Notes under the pieces: model-generated
The model's input: only the letters and a program-made list of their open reading frames with translations
The model's database searches: none
What the model was told of the DNA's origin: nothing
Shown: piece after piece, positions 43,585 to 53,904 of the stretch
How the letters are laid out: every line of letters begins with the position of its first letter
How positions within the stretch are numbered: the first letter of the stretch is position 1
Program-made: the position numbers and the translations under genes
Source of the DNA: an uncultured Chloroflexia bacterium
Lineage (GTDB): Bacteria > Chloroflexota > Limnocylindria > QHBO01
Length of the DNA stretch: 64,000 nucleotides
Assembly: GCA_963814375.1 (NCBI GenBank)
Contig: CAWFCQ010000006.1
Coordinates: forward strand, 96,001-160,000
Reading direction: 5' to 3'

Positions 43585-45237
43585 CTACATCGAGTCCGGC
43601 GCGGAGATGCCCAGCAGGTCGAGGGCATTGGCGAGGACCAATCGCGTCGCATCGACCAGGGCGAGACGCGCAGCCGACAGCGCCCGGTCCTCGCCGATGA
43701 CCTTGCAGTCGCGGTAGAACGCGCTGAACGCGCTGGCCAGCTCGTACGCGTAGCGCGGCACCTCGTGGGTCTCGCGGCGGGCGGCGGCCAGGGCAACGGT
43801 GTCGGGGTACTCCAGCAGGTGGCGCATCAATGCCTGCTCGGATGGGTGCACCAGCCGCTCACCGGTCTCGGCAGCGTCCGGCTCGAGGCGCGCCTCGGCC
43901 GCGAGCCGCAGGATCGATGAGGCTCGGGCGTGCGCGTACTGCACGTAGTAGACGGGATTCTCGTTGCTCTGGCGCTTGGCAAGCTCCAGGTCGAAGTCGA
44001 TGCCGGTGGTGTAGGAGCGCGAGCTGAAGTACCAGCGCGCCGCGTCCGCGCCGACCTCGTTGAGCACCTCGTCGAGCGTGATGAACTCGCCGGAGCGCTT
44101 GCTCATCGGGATCTCCTTGCCGTCGCGGACGAACCGCACCCACGCGATGAGCGGCCAGCGCACCGCGTCGGGATCGAACCCGAGCGCGATGGCGGCGGCG
44201 CGGTTGCGCGCCACGGTGCCGTGGTGATCGGCGCCCCAGATGTAGATCAGCTCGTCGAAACCGCGGCTGAACTTCTCGGCGACATAACCGATGTCGGCGG
44301 CGAAGTACGTCGGCCGGCCGTTCGACCTGATCACGACCCGGTCCTTGTCGTCGCCGAACGAGGTCGCACGGAACCAGAGGGCGCCGTCGTCGGTGTAGAT
44401 GTGCCCGGCCGCTCGGAGCCGCTCGATGGCACGCTCCACCCAACCGGCCCCGTGGATAACGCCCTCGCTGGTCCAGACGTCGAAGTGGACGCCGAGCCGC
44501 TCGAGGCTCGACTCGATCTCCGAGCGAACGCGCTCCGCCGCCCAGCGGCCGAGGAGCTCGCCGGGATCGGCGTCGGGTGCGGCGGCCGCGGCCCACAGCT
44601 CGTCCGGCACGCCCGCCACCAGATCGGCAACGTAGTCGCCGTGGTACCCATCCGGCGGGACTGGCGCTCCGTCGCGGACCGCGAGCAGGGTCAGACCGAG
44701 GTTGCGGATCTGCTCGTTGAAGTCGTTGAAGTAGTACTCGCGAGTGACGCTGTGGCCGGTCGCCTCCAGCACGCGCGACAGCACGTCGCCGACGAACGCG
44801 CCGCGGGCGTTGCCGACGGTCAGCGGCCCGGTCGGGTTCGCGCTGACGAACTCGACGTTGATACTCGGTGGCTCCGCCAGCGTGGTCCGACCGTAGGCCG
44901 GTCCCGCCTCGCGGATCGGCCCGACCTGGCTCGCGATCCACCCCGGATCGAGGCGCAGGTTGAGGAAGCCAGGCGCGGCCACCGCCACCTCGGCAATCGA
45001 CGGCGGGGCACGAAAGTGCTCGACCAGTCGCTCCGCGATGCGCATCGGCGCGGCGCGGGCAACGGGCGCGAGCTGCATGGCGGCGTTGCTGGCGAGGTCC
45101 CCGTGGTCCGGGTTAGCGGGCCGCTCGAGCCCGATCTCCGGTACCTCAGCATCGGCCGGGATCGCGAGGTCACCGGCCGCCGTCGCGCGGTCGCGGGCAT
45201 CGGCGATCGCCGCGGTGATCTCGCTGCGGAGGCTCAT
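43585..45237 (-). CDS. argS: Arginine--tRNA ligase
   Basis: EFVSANPTGPL, EYYFND, TYFAADI, WGADH, MSKRSG, YYVQYAHAR. Confidence 0.95.
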   Translation of the reverse strand: MSLRSEITAAIADARDRATAAGDLAIPADAEVPEIGLERPANPDHGDLASNAAMQLAPVARAAPMRIAERLVEHFRAPPSIAEVAVAAPGFLNLRLDPGWIASQVGPIREAGPAYGRTTLAEPPSINVEFVSANPTGPLTVGNARGAFVGDVLSRVLEATGHSVTREYYFNDFNEQIRNLGLTLLAVRDGAPVPPDGYHGDYVADLVAGVPDELWAAAAAPDADPGELLGRWAAERVRSEIESSLERLGVHFDVWTSEGVIHGAGWVERAIERLRAAGHIYTDDGALWFRATSFGDDKDRVVIRSNGRPTYFAADIGYVAEKFSRGFDELIYIWGADHHGTVARNRAAAIALGFDPDAVRWPLIAWVRFVRDGKEIPMSKRSGEFITLDEVLNEVGADAARWYFSSRSYTTGIDFDLELAKRQSNENPVYYVQYAHARASSILRLAAEARLEPDAAETGERLVHPSEQALMRHLLEYPDTVALAAARRETHEVPRYAYELASAFSAFYRDCKVIGEDRALSAARLALVDATRLVLANALDLLGISAPDSM

Positions 45238-45278
45238 GGGCGGTCGAGTCTAGCGTCTCGACGCCGGGCCTCCGGGCG

Positions 45279-45446
45279 CTATCGCTGCGTTGCGTTCGTG
45301 GTTGCGAAGGAGAGGTCGACCGACGGCTGCTCGGCGGCGACGGCACCGCCGATGGCGAGGCTCAGGATCAACCACGCGGCGGCGAGGAAGATGAGGAGTC
45401 GGCTCGGTCGCTCGGCGACCTCGTCGCGAACGGTTGGGTGTTTCAT
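45279..45446 (-). CDS. Small single-TM or secreted protein
   Basis: MKHPTVRDEVAERPSRLLIFLAAAWLILSLAIGGAVAAE. Confidence 0.5.
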   Translation of the reverse strand: MKHPTVRDEVAERPSRLLIFLAAAWLILSLAIGGAVAAEQPSVDLSFATTNATQR

Positions 45447-45562
45447 CGAATCTGCCGATGGACCATCCATGGTGCGGTTCGGTCTGAGTCGCTGCGGATG
45501 CAAATCTCCTGCCAAACGGCACACCGTGTGCCCGGGCGCACCGCCACGAGCCGGGCGACGAT

Positions 45563-46477
45563 TCAGCGGTCGCGGGCGAGTCGCAGCTCGAGCGCCTGGT
45601 CGACGCTGAAGTCGACGAGACCCAGCGCGTCGGCGGTGACCTCGAGAAGCGCGCCGGTCGGAGCCAGTCCAATGAGCTCGCAGTGATCGACGTCGGTGCC
45701 GGCCTCGCGTGCCAGGCGTCGGACCTCGCGGACCACGTCAGGGATCCCGGTCCGCTGCCAGTCCACGAGGTTGGTGCTGACCTGGGCCATCGGCGCCTGG
45801 CCGGGGTTCTCGAGCAGGACGCCCATGGCCTGCACGGCCGGCATCCCGCCGGACGACTCGCGGATCGCGTTTGCGATCTTGATGGCCACTGCCAGCTGGT
45901 CGGTGCGCAGGTTGATGTTGAACGCGATGAGCGGCCGCCGGGCGCCGACCGCCACGGCCCCGCCGCGCGGATGGATGCGCGCCGGGCCGAAGTCCGGCGC
46001 GCGCTCCGGGTTCGTCGCGATCTCGTCCCGGATCGCCTCGTACTGCCCGCGCCGGACATCGGCGAGCCGCCGGCGGGCCGGCCGCAACGCGGCCTCGCCG
46101 TACAGGTACACCGGGAGCTCGAAGCGGCCCGCGATCTGCTCTCCGAATCGGCGCGCCAGGTCGACGCATTCCTCGATGCGCGTGGTGCCGAGCGGCACGA
46201 ACGGGATCACGTCGACCGCCCCGATTCGCGGGTGGGCGCCAACGTGCTGCTCCATGTCGATGAGCTCGAGCGCTCGCCCGACGCCCGCGGTGGCGGCACG
46301 CACCACCGGTTCGGCCGAGCCGGCGAAGGTGACGACGCTGCGGTTGTGCGTCTCGTCGCGGGAGTGGTCGAGCACCGTCACCCCATCGATCTGGCCGATG
46401 GCGCCCACGATCTCGTCGACGACGTCGGCGCGGCGGCCCTCGCTGAAGTTCGGGACGCATTCGATCAGGCCAGGCAC
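45563..46477 (-). CDS. ftcD: Glutamate formimidoyltransferase (FTCD transferase domain)
   Basis: LIECVPNFSEGRR, HNRSVVT, HPRIGAVDVIPFVP, RRGQYE, PDFGP, QVSTNL. Confidence 0.92.
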   Translation of the reverse strand: MPGLIECVPNFSEGRRADVVDEIVGAIGQIDGVTVLDHSRDETHNRSVVTFAGSAEPVVRAATAGVGRALELIDMEQHVGAHPRIGAVDVIPFVPLGTTRIEECVDLARRFGEQIAGRFELPVYLYGEAALRPARRRLADVRRGQYEAIRDEIATNPERAPDFGPARIHPRGGAVAVGARRPLIAFNINLRTDQLAVAIKIANAIRESSGGMPAVQAMGVLLENPGQAPMAQVSTNLVDWQRTGIPDVVREVRRLAREAGTDVDHCELIGLAPTGALLEVTADALGLVDFSVDQALELRLARDR

Positions 46478-46543
46478 GCGGCTGATGCTACCGCTCCGCG
46501 TCACCGAGGGATGGCGTCTCGTCCCGATGCTACGGTTCGCTCC

Positions 46544-47381
46544 ATGCCCCCCGCTGGGACGCTCTACCTCGTCGCCGTGCCGATCGGCAATCCCGATGAC
46601 CTGAGCGCGCGCGCGCGCGACGTGCTCGGAAGCGTGGGCGTCGTCGCCGCCGAGGACACGAGGCACTTCGCCACGCTCGCCCGCCACCACGACATCAGGA
46701 TGCGCGCCGTCAGCTACCACGACCACAACGAACGCACCCGCTCCGATGAGCTTCTGGCGCGGCTCGGCGCCGGCGAGGACGTCGCGCTCGTCAGCGACGC
46801 TGGCACCCCGCTGGTCAGCGACCCCGGCTACCGCCTGGTGCGCGCTGCGATCGAGGCCGGCATCGCGGTCGTCAGCGTTCCCGGACCCTCGGCGGTGACA
46901 ACGGCGCTGGCCGCGTCCGGGCTGCCGCCACACCCGTTCCGATTCATCGGATTCCTGCCCCGCACCGCGGCGGCGCGCCGGGCCGCCCTCGCGGAGGTCT
47001 CGACCGACGAGGCCACGCTCATCATGTTCGAGGCTCCGCGACGCGTGACCAGAGCGATCGGTGACGCGATTGAGGTCCTCGGCGACCGGCCGGCATGCCT
47101 TGCCCGCAACCTGACCAAGCGACACGAGCGCTACCAGCGCGGGCCGCTGTCCGTTCTGCTGGGTGAGCTGGTGCTGGAGGCAGAGGTGCGTGGAGAGTGC
47201 ACTCTTCTCATCGGCGGAGCCGGCGACGCTCGTTCGCCAGACCGACGATGCCGAGGCCGACGCCCGTCTGCTTCTGCGCGGCGGCGCTCCGGCCCGCGCG
47301 ATCCAGGACCTCCTCGTCCAGCGCCACGGCCTCTCCAAGCGTGAGGCGTACGCCATGGTCATCGCGGTGCGAGACGGATGA
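46544..47381 (+). CDS. rsmI: 16S rRNA (cytidine1402-2'-O)-methyltransferase, with a frameshift near 47230
   Basis: LYLVAVPIGNPDD, AAEDTR, LVSDAGTPLVSDPG, PGPSA, RGECTL; the C-terminus continues in another frame. Confidence 0.9.
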
Positions 47382-48175
47382 CGGCGGAGATCGTCGAGCG
47401 CGTCCGCCGCTCGGCCCGTTATCGCGACGTGGATGCGTCCATGCTCGAGCGTCTCGCCGAGGAGGAGCTATCGCGATCTCGGTCGATCGACGATGCGGTG
47501 AAGCGCGTGAAGCGGCGCCTGCACCAGGCGGTCGGCGCCTTCCAGGGCGGCACCCGCGACGCGCGTCCGGAGCGGTTGTGGACCGGCGACTTCGCCGATC
47601 CTGCCTTCCGGGCCGCATGCGCTGCCGCGCTCCACGGCCACGCCTCCGCCCGCGAGCGAGTCCCGCACCTCGACCGGTTCTACGCCGGAATCTGGGCCCT
47701 GACCGGGACGCCGTCGCGCGTGCTGGATGTCGGCTGCGGCCTCGCCCCGCTGGCGCTGCCGTGGATGGGCATCGGCGACGCGACCTACGTCGCGGTCGAC
47801 GCCGACCGACACGCACTCGAGCGGGTGCGCGAGTTCATGGAGGCCGTCGGACAGCCGCATCTCGTGCGAGCGGCCGACGTCGTGACCGAGCCGCCGCGCG
47901 ACGAGGTCGACGTCGCGCTGCTGCTCAAGCTGGTGCCGACGCTCGACCGCCAGGACGCCGAGGCGGCAAGCCGGGTCGTGCGGCAGCTTCATGCTCGCCA
48001 CGCGGTCGTGACCTTCCCGGCCAGGTCGCTGGGCGGGCACGCGCGAGGCATGGAGCGGACCTACCGGGACCGCCTCGAGCGGCTGGTGGCCGACTCCGGT
48101 CGCGTGAGCGCGGTCGCGGAGGCATCGGTCCCGAACGAGCTCGTCTTCGTGCTCAGCCTGGATGCCAATGGCTGA
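47378..48175 (+). CDS. 16S rRNA (guanine1405-N7)-methyltransferase, FmrO/Sgm/ArmA/Rmt family
   Basis: VKRRLHQAVGAF, HASARERVPHLDRFY, LDVGCGLAPLALPW, LLLKLVPTL, VVTFPARSLGG..RGM..TY, NELVFV. Confidence 0.85.
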   Translation: MTAEIVERVRRSARYRDVDASMLERLAEEELSRSRSIDDAVKRVKRRLHQAVGAFQGGTRDARPERLWTGDFADPAFRAACAAALHGHASARERVPHLDRFYAGIWALTGTPSRVLDVGCGLAPLALPWMGIGDATYVAVDADRHALERVREFMEAVGQPHLVRAADVVTEPPRDEVDVALLLKLVPTLDRQDAEAASRVVRQLHARHAVVTFPARSLGGHARGMERTYRDRLERLVADSGRVSAVAEASVPNELVFVLSLDANG

Positions 48176-49253
48176 GCCGCTCGCCACAGGTCGTGGGACG
48201 CTGGCCGTGCCGGTTTTCCTGCCCGACGCGACGCGTGCCGGCGTGCGCGGCGTGAGCAGCGAGGACCTGCGCGGCATAGGGGTCGAGGCGCTCGTGGTCA
48301 ACGCCTTTCACCTGCTGCGCCGTCCCGGGGCGCGCGTGGTGCAGGCGGCGGGCGGCGTCCATCGGTTCATGGACTGGGACCGGCCGATCCTGTCGGACTC
48401 CGGCGGCTTCCAGGTCTGGAGCCTGATTCGCCAGGATCCGAGCCGTGGGGTCATCCGCGACAACGAGGTGATCTTTCGCGAGCCGACGACCGGCGAGAAG
48501 TGGAACCTCACGCCGGAGCGCGTGATCCAGCTCCAGCTCCAGCTGGGATCCGACGTCATCGTGTGCCTGGACGATCCGACCTCCGCCGATGACCCCGAGG
48601 TGGAGCAGGAGCGCTCGGTCGAGCGGACGGTGCGCTGGGCGCGTCGCAGCCGCGAGGAGCTCGATCGTCAGGTCGCGGGCCGCCGAGACGGCGCCGCGCC
48701 GCGCATCTTCGGCGTCGTGCAGGGTGGCATGGTCGAGAGCCTTCGACGTCAGTGCGCGGCAGAGCTGGCCGCCATCGGCTTCGATGGCTACGGCTTCGGC
48801 GGTTGGCCGATCGGAGCGGACGGATCTCTGCTGGCGGATGCGCTGCGCTGGACAGCCGATGCGTTGCCGACCTCAGCGCCGAAGCACGCCCTTGGCATCG
48901 GGCGCCCGGACCACGTCGTGGCAACCTTCGCGCTCGGCTACTCGGCCTTCGACTGCGTGCTGCCCACGCGGGATGCGCGCCACGGCCGGTTGTATGCCTT
49001 CCGGCCGGGTCACGCGGGCCGGCGGCCGGCGCCGGGAGATGACTTCTACCGTGCGGTCCGCATCCACGACGCGCGCTACCGGGTCGACCACGAGCCGATC
49101 GAGGAGGGCTGTGACTGCCCGCTCTGCGCGCGCCATACGGCGGCCTACCTCCACCACCTGTTCAAGGTTGGCGACCGATCGGCGGAGCGGCTGGCCACGC
49201 TCCACAACCTGCGGTTCTACGTCCGCCTGTTCGAGCTCCTGCGCGAGCCCTAG
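48168..49253 (+). CDS. tgt: tRNA-guanine transglycosylase family protein, divergent
   Basis: DSGGFQ, FGVVQGG, FDCVLPTR, Zn site CDCPLC...HN. Confidence 0.88.
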   Translation: MAEPLATGRGTLAVPVFLPDATRAGVRGVSSEDLRGIGVEALVVNAFHLLRRPGARVVQAAGGVHRFMDWDRPILSDSGGFQVWSLIRQDPSRGVIRDNEVIFREPTTGEKWNLTPERVIQLQLQLGSDVIVCLDDPTSADDPEVEQERSVERTVRWARRSREELDRQVAGRRDGAAPRIFGVVQGGMVESLRRQCAAELAAIGFDGYGFGGWPIGADGSLLADALRWTADALPTSAPKHALGIGRPDHVVATFALGYSAFDCVLPTRDARHGRLYAFRPGHAGRRPAPGDDFYRAVRIHDARYRVDHEPIEEGCDCPLCARHTAAYLHHLFKVGDRSAERLATLHNLRFYVRLFELLREP

Positions 49254-50413
49254 CCGTGCGCCGCCGCCTGCGCGGCGTCCTCGCGGCCCAGCGTGTCCGG
49301 GTCCACGTGCCGCGCCCGCGCCAGGCGCTCCGTCAGGAGCTGGAGCGCGATGGCACCTTCGAGCAGCGGTCCGGCGAGGCCCACGACACGGCTCCCCCGC
49401 GGCAGCACGAGCCGCCCGGCGGGGGTCTCCGCCTCCGGGACGTCGCCGTCGAGGTCGTGGGCGACGATGCCGGCGGTCGGGACGCCGAGGTCGGCTGCCG
49501 CGCGTCGCAGCCGTCCGGCCCGTTCGGCCGCGAGGCCGGTTGCAGCGACCGGATCGGCCTGGATGACGATCAGCCCGGTCCAGCGCGTCGCCGCCGCCAG
49601 GTGGCCGTGGAGAACCGTTTCGAGCTCGTGCGCGGTAGCCGGAAGGCGGGCGCCCTCCTCGACCTTCAGCGCGAGCTCGCGCGCCGATATGTGATCCGCG
49701 CCCGTGCCGGCCACGAGGAGGCGATCGCAGCCCGACAGCGCGGCAGCCACCCCGGCCGCGGCCCGCGTGTCGCTCGCGCCGTCGATGGCCGACCGAATGG
49801 CCACGGCGTCGGGCCGCGCTCCACGCAACCGGGCCGCCAGCACCGCGCCCACCGTCAGCGGCGCGAGGTAGCCGATGGTGTGGCACCAGCTCTGGTCCTG
49901 CTCCTCGGTCCGCACCACGATCCGGGCGATTCGCGCGCCCGGCGATCCATCCCCGACGGTGATGAGCGCGGTCTGCGCGCCCGCGGCTCGCGCCGCGTGG
50001 ATCGCCTCGTTGGTGACCGTGGTTCCGCCCTCGTGCGAGATGGCGACCAGTACGCCGGCGGCTGGCGGCAGGCGGGCGGCCTCGAGGGCCGGAATGGACC
50101 GCGGCCGGCGCGCGAGATCTCCGCCGAGCGCCTCTCCGAGCATGGCGGCGATCCCAAGCGCGGCGTGCTCCGAGCTGCCGCATCCGGTGAGGATGATCGG
50201 CTCACCCGCGGCGTGGGCGGCGCGGATGGCCTCCTCCAGCGCTGCCATCGGTTCGTCGCGCGCGAGGCGGCGGACCAGCCGTTCCGCGACGGCCGGCTCG
50301 ACGGCGATCATCTCCGTCATCGCATAGGGCGGGCGCGCGCGGAAGCGGGGCATCTCCGATGGCGCCCACGGGTCTGGCGCGCCGGGCAGCGGTGCGGCCT
50401 GCGTGGGTTTCAC
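49250..50413 (-). CDS. SIS-domain protein (GlmS/FrlB/AgaS-like sugar-phosphate isomerase or deaminase)
   Basis: GCGSSEHA, ISHEGGT, ARELALKVEE, ETVLHG. Confidence 0.82.
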   Translation of the reverse strand: MKPTQAAPLPGAPDPWAPSEMPRFRARPPYAMTEMIAVEPAVAERLVRRLARDEPMAALEEAIRAAHAAGEPIILTGCGSSEHAALGIAAMLGEALGGDLARRPRSIPALEAARLPPAAGVLVAISHEGGTTVTNEAIHAARAAGAQTALITVGDGSPGARIARIVVRTEEQDQSWCHTIGYLAPLTVGAVLAARLRGARPDAVAIRSAIDGASDTRAAAGVAAALSGCDRLLVAGTGADHISARELALKVEEGARLPATAHELETVLHGHLAAATRWTGLIVIQADPVAATGLAAERAGRLRRAAADLGVPTAGIVAHDLDGDVPEAETPAGRLVLPRGSRVVGLAGPLLEGAIALQLLTERLARARHVDPDTLGREDAAQAAAHG

Positions 50414-50441
50414 AGCGGCATCGTAGGCCGCAACGTGGTGC

Positions 50442-50924
50442 TCAGAACGGCTTGACGACCATGAGGGTGACGATGACGGCCAGCCCGGCAGCCTCGAGCC
50501 AGCGAGCGTTGCGCACCGCGGGGTCAGCGAAGGCCGAGCGCAGCTCGTTGGTAACGGAGCCCGCTTCGCGTGCCGACGCGAGCGCCGCCTCGAAGATGCG
50601 CCCTCGTGGGATGAAGACCGTCGGCACGAGGAGGCTGATCGCGACGTAGACGACGACCGATGCAAGCATCCATCCGGTCGTCAGCCCAAGCCACTCGTAG
50701 CCCTGCGCCCAGGCGGTCGCGAGGCCCACCGGCAGGATGATCATGGACGAGCGGATCACGAGCTGCTCGAACGGGCTGGCGAGCTCCGTCAGCTCGTGGA
50801 CGCGATCGATTTTCTCCTCGCCGGATGCCCGGCCGAGCACGACCCAGCGTCCGATGAGGCCGGCCGTCAGCGTGATCGCGAGCCCCACGTGGAGGAGCTT
50901 GAGAAGCAGCGCGAGCCAGTCCAT
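50442..50924 (-). CDS. DUF2269-like membrane protein
   Basis: LKLLHVG...LMVVKPF C-terminus; 4 TM. Confidence 0.75.
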   Translation of the reverse strand: MDWLALLLKLLHVGLAITLTAGLIGRWVVLGRASGEEKIDRVHELTELASPFEQLVIRSSMIILPVGLATAWAQGYEWLGLTTGWMLASVVVYVAISLLVPTVFIPRGRIFEAALASAREAGSVTNELRSAFADPAVRNARWLEAAGLAVIVTLMVVKPF

Positions 50925-50927
50925 CGG

Positions 50928-52607
50928 TCAGGCTTCGGGGGCCATCGGGATGCGCACGCCGCGGTCGCGAGCGACCTCGAGGGCTCGCTCGTAGCCGGCA
51001 TCGGCATGGCGCAGCACGCCCATCCCGGGATCGGTGGTCAGCACGCGATCGAGGCGCGCGGAAGCCTCGGGCGACCCGTCGGCCACGACCACCATCCCGG
51101 CATGAAGGCTGTAGCCGATGCCGACGCCGCCTCCGTGATGGAAGCTGACCCAGGTCGCCCCCGCCGCGGTGTTGACCATCGCGTTCAGGATCGGCCAGTC
51201 GGCGATCGCGTCCGAGCCATCGCGCATCGCCTCGGTTTCGCGGTAGGGGCTGGCGACCGACCCCGCGTCGAGATGGTCGCGGCCGATCACGATCGGCGCG
51301 CTGACCTCGCCGGACGCGACGAGGTCGTTGATGGCAGCACCCGCCCGGGCGCGATCGCCGTACCCGAGCCAGCAGATCCGCGCCGGGAGTCCCTGCACCG
51401 GCACCTTCTCGGCCGCTAGGCGCAGCCAGCGCTGGAGGCCATCGTCGTCGGGAAAGAGCTCGGCCAGGGCGCGGTCGATGCGCGCGATGTCGGCGACGTC
51501 GCCTGACAGCGCGGCGACGCGGAATGGCCCCTTGCCCTCGCAGAACAGCGGGCGGATGAAGGCCGGGACGAAGCCGGGGAAGTCGAAGGCGTTGGCGACG
51601 CCGGCCTCCTTCGCAAACGCCCGGATGTTGTTGCCGTAGTCGAAGGTCACCGCTCCCGCGCTCTGGAAGGCGAGCATGGCTCGAACGTGCTCGGCCATCG
51701 ATCGCTTCGAACGGCGGACGTAGTCCTCCGGATCGCTGGTGCGCAATGCCAGCGCATCGGCCAGGGGCAGCCCGCTGGGAACGTAGCCGTTGAGCGGGTC
51801 GTGGGCGCTGGTCTGGTCGGTGACGAGGTCGGGGCGCCAGCCGCGCCGGACCAGCTCGGGCAGGACGTCGGCGGCATTGCCGATGAGCGCCACGGAGCGG
51901 CCGATGCGCTCCTCGCGCCAGCCATCGACCATGGCGACCGCGTCGTCGACCGTATCGGTCAGCTCGTCGACGTAGGCGACGTCGAGGCGACGGCGAGCGC
52001 GTGCCTCGTCGACCTCGACCACGATCGCGGCTCCGCCGTTCATGGTGATCGCCAGCGGCTGCGCGCCCCCCATGCCGCCGAGCCCGGCGGTGATCGTCGC
52101 CGTTCCGGCGAGCGTGCCGCCGAAGTGCTGCCGCGCCGCTTCTGCGAAGGTCTCGTACGTGCCCTGGATGATTCCCTGCGTGGCGATGTAGATCCACGAG
52201 CCCGCGGTCATCTGCCCGTACATCGTCAGACCGGCGCGCTCGAGCTCGCGGAAGTTCTCCCATGTCGCCCAGTGCGGCACGAGGTTCGCGTTTGCGATGA
52301 GGACGCGAGGCGCATCGGTCGTGGTGCGGAAGACGCCGACCGGCTTGCCCGACGCGACGAGCAGCGTCTCGTCATTCTCGAGCCGCCGGAGCTCGGCAAC
52401 GATCGCGTCGAAGGCCTCCCAGCTCCGTGCGGCGCGGCCGGTGCCGCCGTACACGACGAGGTGGTCCGGATCCTCGGCCACGTCGGGGTCGAGGTTGTTC
52501 ATCAGCATTCGCAGCGCCGCCTCCTGCTGCCAGCCCTTGCAGGAGAGCTCGGTGCCCCTCGGCGCGCGGACCATGCGGGGACCGCTCCGGGGTTCGACCG
52601 CCGTCAT
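50928..52607 (-). CDS. hutU: Urocanate hydratase
   Basis: [52 protein letters not shown]. Confidence 0.95.
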   Translation of the reverse strand: MTAVEPRSGPRMVRAPRGTELSCKGWQQEAALRMLMNNLDPDVAEDPDHLVVYGGTGRAARSWEAFDAIVAELRRLENDETLLVASGKPVGVFRTTTDAPRVLIANANLVPHWATWENFRELERAGLTMYGQMTAGSWIYIATQGIIQGTYETFAEAARQHFGGTLAGTATITAGLGGMGGAQPLAITMNGGAAIVVEVDEARARRRLDVAYVDELTDTVDDAVAMVDGWREERIGRSVALIGNAADVLPELVRRGWRPDLVTDQTSAHDPLNGYVPSGLPLADALALRTSDPEDYVRRSKRSMAEHVRAMLAFQSAGAVTFDYGNNIRAFAKEAGVANAFDFPGFVPAFIRPLFCEGKGPFRVAALSGDVADIARIDRALAELFPDDDGLQRWLRLAAEKVPVQGLPARICWLGYGDRARAGAAINDLVASGEVSAPIVIGRDHLDAGSVASPYRETEAMRDGSDAIADWPILNAMVNTAAGATWVSFHHGGGVGIGYSLHAGMVVVADGSPEASARLDRVLTTDPGMGVLRHADAGYERALEVARDRGVRIPMAPEA

Positions 52608-52619
52608 CCGTCGATCATA

Positions 52620-53150
52620 GGGGCGGGAGGGCACCGTGGAGGCATAGCGCCCGTCGGCGGTTTCGAGCAGGTGCGTGAGCTCGACGTCGCGAACGTGCGG
52701 ACGGGGTCGCGTCGGTCCATTCGGTCCCGTCATCAGAGCGAGACGTGGCCCGCGCGCGGTGGCGGGGGTCCGACACGCTGCGGGCCTCATCCTCGTAGAA
52801 GTGCCAACCGCATGAGGCCACCCGACCACGCGATGAGGTCCCCGAGCACGTAGCGCATGCCGGCTCCGCGAATGCGCTGCCTGTGCCAGTTCTGCGGGAT
52901 CTGCGCGGCGGCGTCTGCCGAGGGCGTCGGAGCCGAGTCGACGGACGCGGGGGGCGAGCTCCGCAGTCGCCTGCGGCGATGTCGGGATCGTCGCCGACTG
53001 GCGGGCTGGCGGGGCTCTGGCGGCGTGCCGTCGTCGTCGCGCGTGAACAGCACGGCGACGACGATCGCACGAGCAGGATGCGCCCGCGGCCGCGGCGATC
53101 AGAGGCCACCGGGTCGGTGTCGCTCGCTCGGGAGCGCGTCGCCTCACGCG
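52620..53150 (-). pseudogene. Garbled fragment of a secreted protein gene
   Basis: Fragments [51 protein letters not shown] in different frames. Confidence 0.35.
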
Positions 53151-53180
53151 CCAGGACGCTCGCGGCCCTCCCCCCCGCGG

Positions 53181-53900
53181 TCAGGGCGCGACCGAGAGGA
53201 AGAAGGCGACCGAGAATCCGAAGACCGTGGCGAGGCCGATGGCGATGCCGCCATGCTCGAACGCCTCGGGAATCATGCTGTCGGCCAGCATGGCCAGGAT
53301 CGCCCCGGCGGCGAAGGCCTGGATGACCGCGCTCGGCTCGGGCGCCATGTTGCCGAGCACCCCGAAGCCCAGCCCGGCCGCAATCGCCGAGGCGAGCGCG
53401 ACCGCCACCCACAGGCCGATGATCCATCGCCGCGAGTGGCCGGCGTCGCGGAGGTCGCGCGCCCCGGCGAGACCCTCGGGGAGGTTCGAGGCGAAGACCG
53501 CGGCAAGGAACGAGGTCGAGACGCCGAGCCCGCCGAGGAGGGACGCCCCGAGAACGATCGACTCCGGGATGCCGTCGAGCAGCGCCCCAAGCACGATTGC
53601 CGGGCCGCCTCCGGTCGGCGAGCCCGCATCGGCGCTGCGTTTCGCGCTCCGTTCGATGATCAGGTCACCGAAGAAGAACGTGAGGCCACCCGCCGCGAGG
53701 CCGAAGGCAGTCGGCCCGGTGCCCCCGATGGCGAACGCCTCCTCGGTGAGGTCGAAGGCCAGCGACGAGATGAGGGCTCCCGCGCCGAATCCCATCACCA
53801 GCGCGACCACTCGGCGCGGGATCTGGATCCAGAGCGCCATCACCGCGCCGATGACGAGCGCACTGCCCGCGAAGAGTCCCCAGAAGGCGGCCTCGAGCAC
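53181..53900 (-). CDS. ZIP-family metal transporter
   Basis: MGFGAGALIS, LDGIPES, SNLPEG, FAAGAILAMLADSMIPEAF. Confidence 0.85.
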   Translation of the reverse strand: MLEAAFWGLFAGSALVIGAVMALWIQIPRRVVALVMGFGAGALISSLAFDLTEEAFAIGGTGPTAFGLAAGGLTFFFGDLIIERSAKRSADAGSPTGGGPAIVLGALLDGIPESIVLGASLLGGLGVSTSFLAAVFASNLPEGLAGARDLRDAGHSRRWIIGLWVAVALASAIAAGLGFGVLGNMAPEPSAVIQAFAAGAILAMLADSMIPEAFEHGGIAIGLATVFGFSVAFFLSVAP

Positions 53901-53904
53901 CCGC

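Noticed and set aside
45238-45300. T-box leader for argS
   Set aside because: No T-box motif and no room for one; the gene appears leaderless.
47378-48175. Recent mobile acquisition of the 16S methylase
   Set aside because: No IS, integrase or flanking repeats; composition looks like its neighbours and it overlaps both flanking genes.
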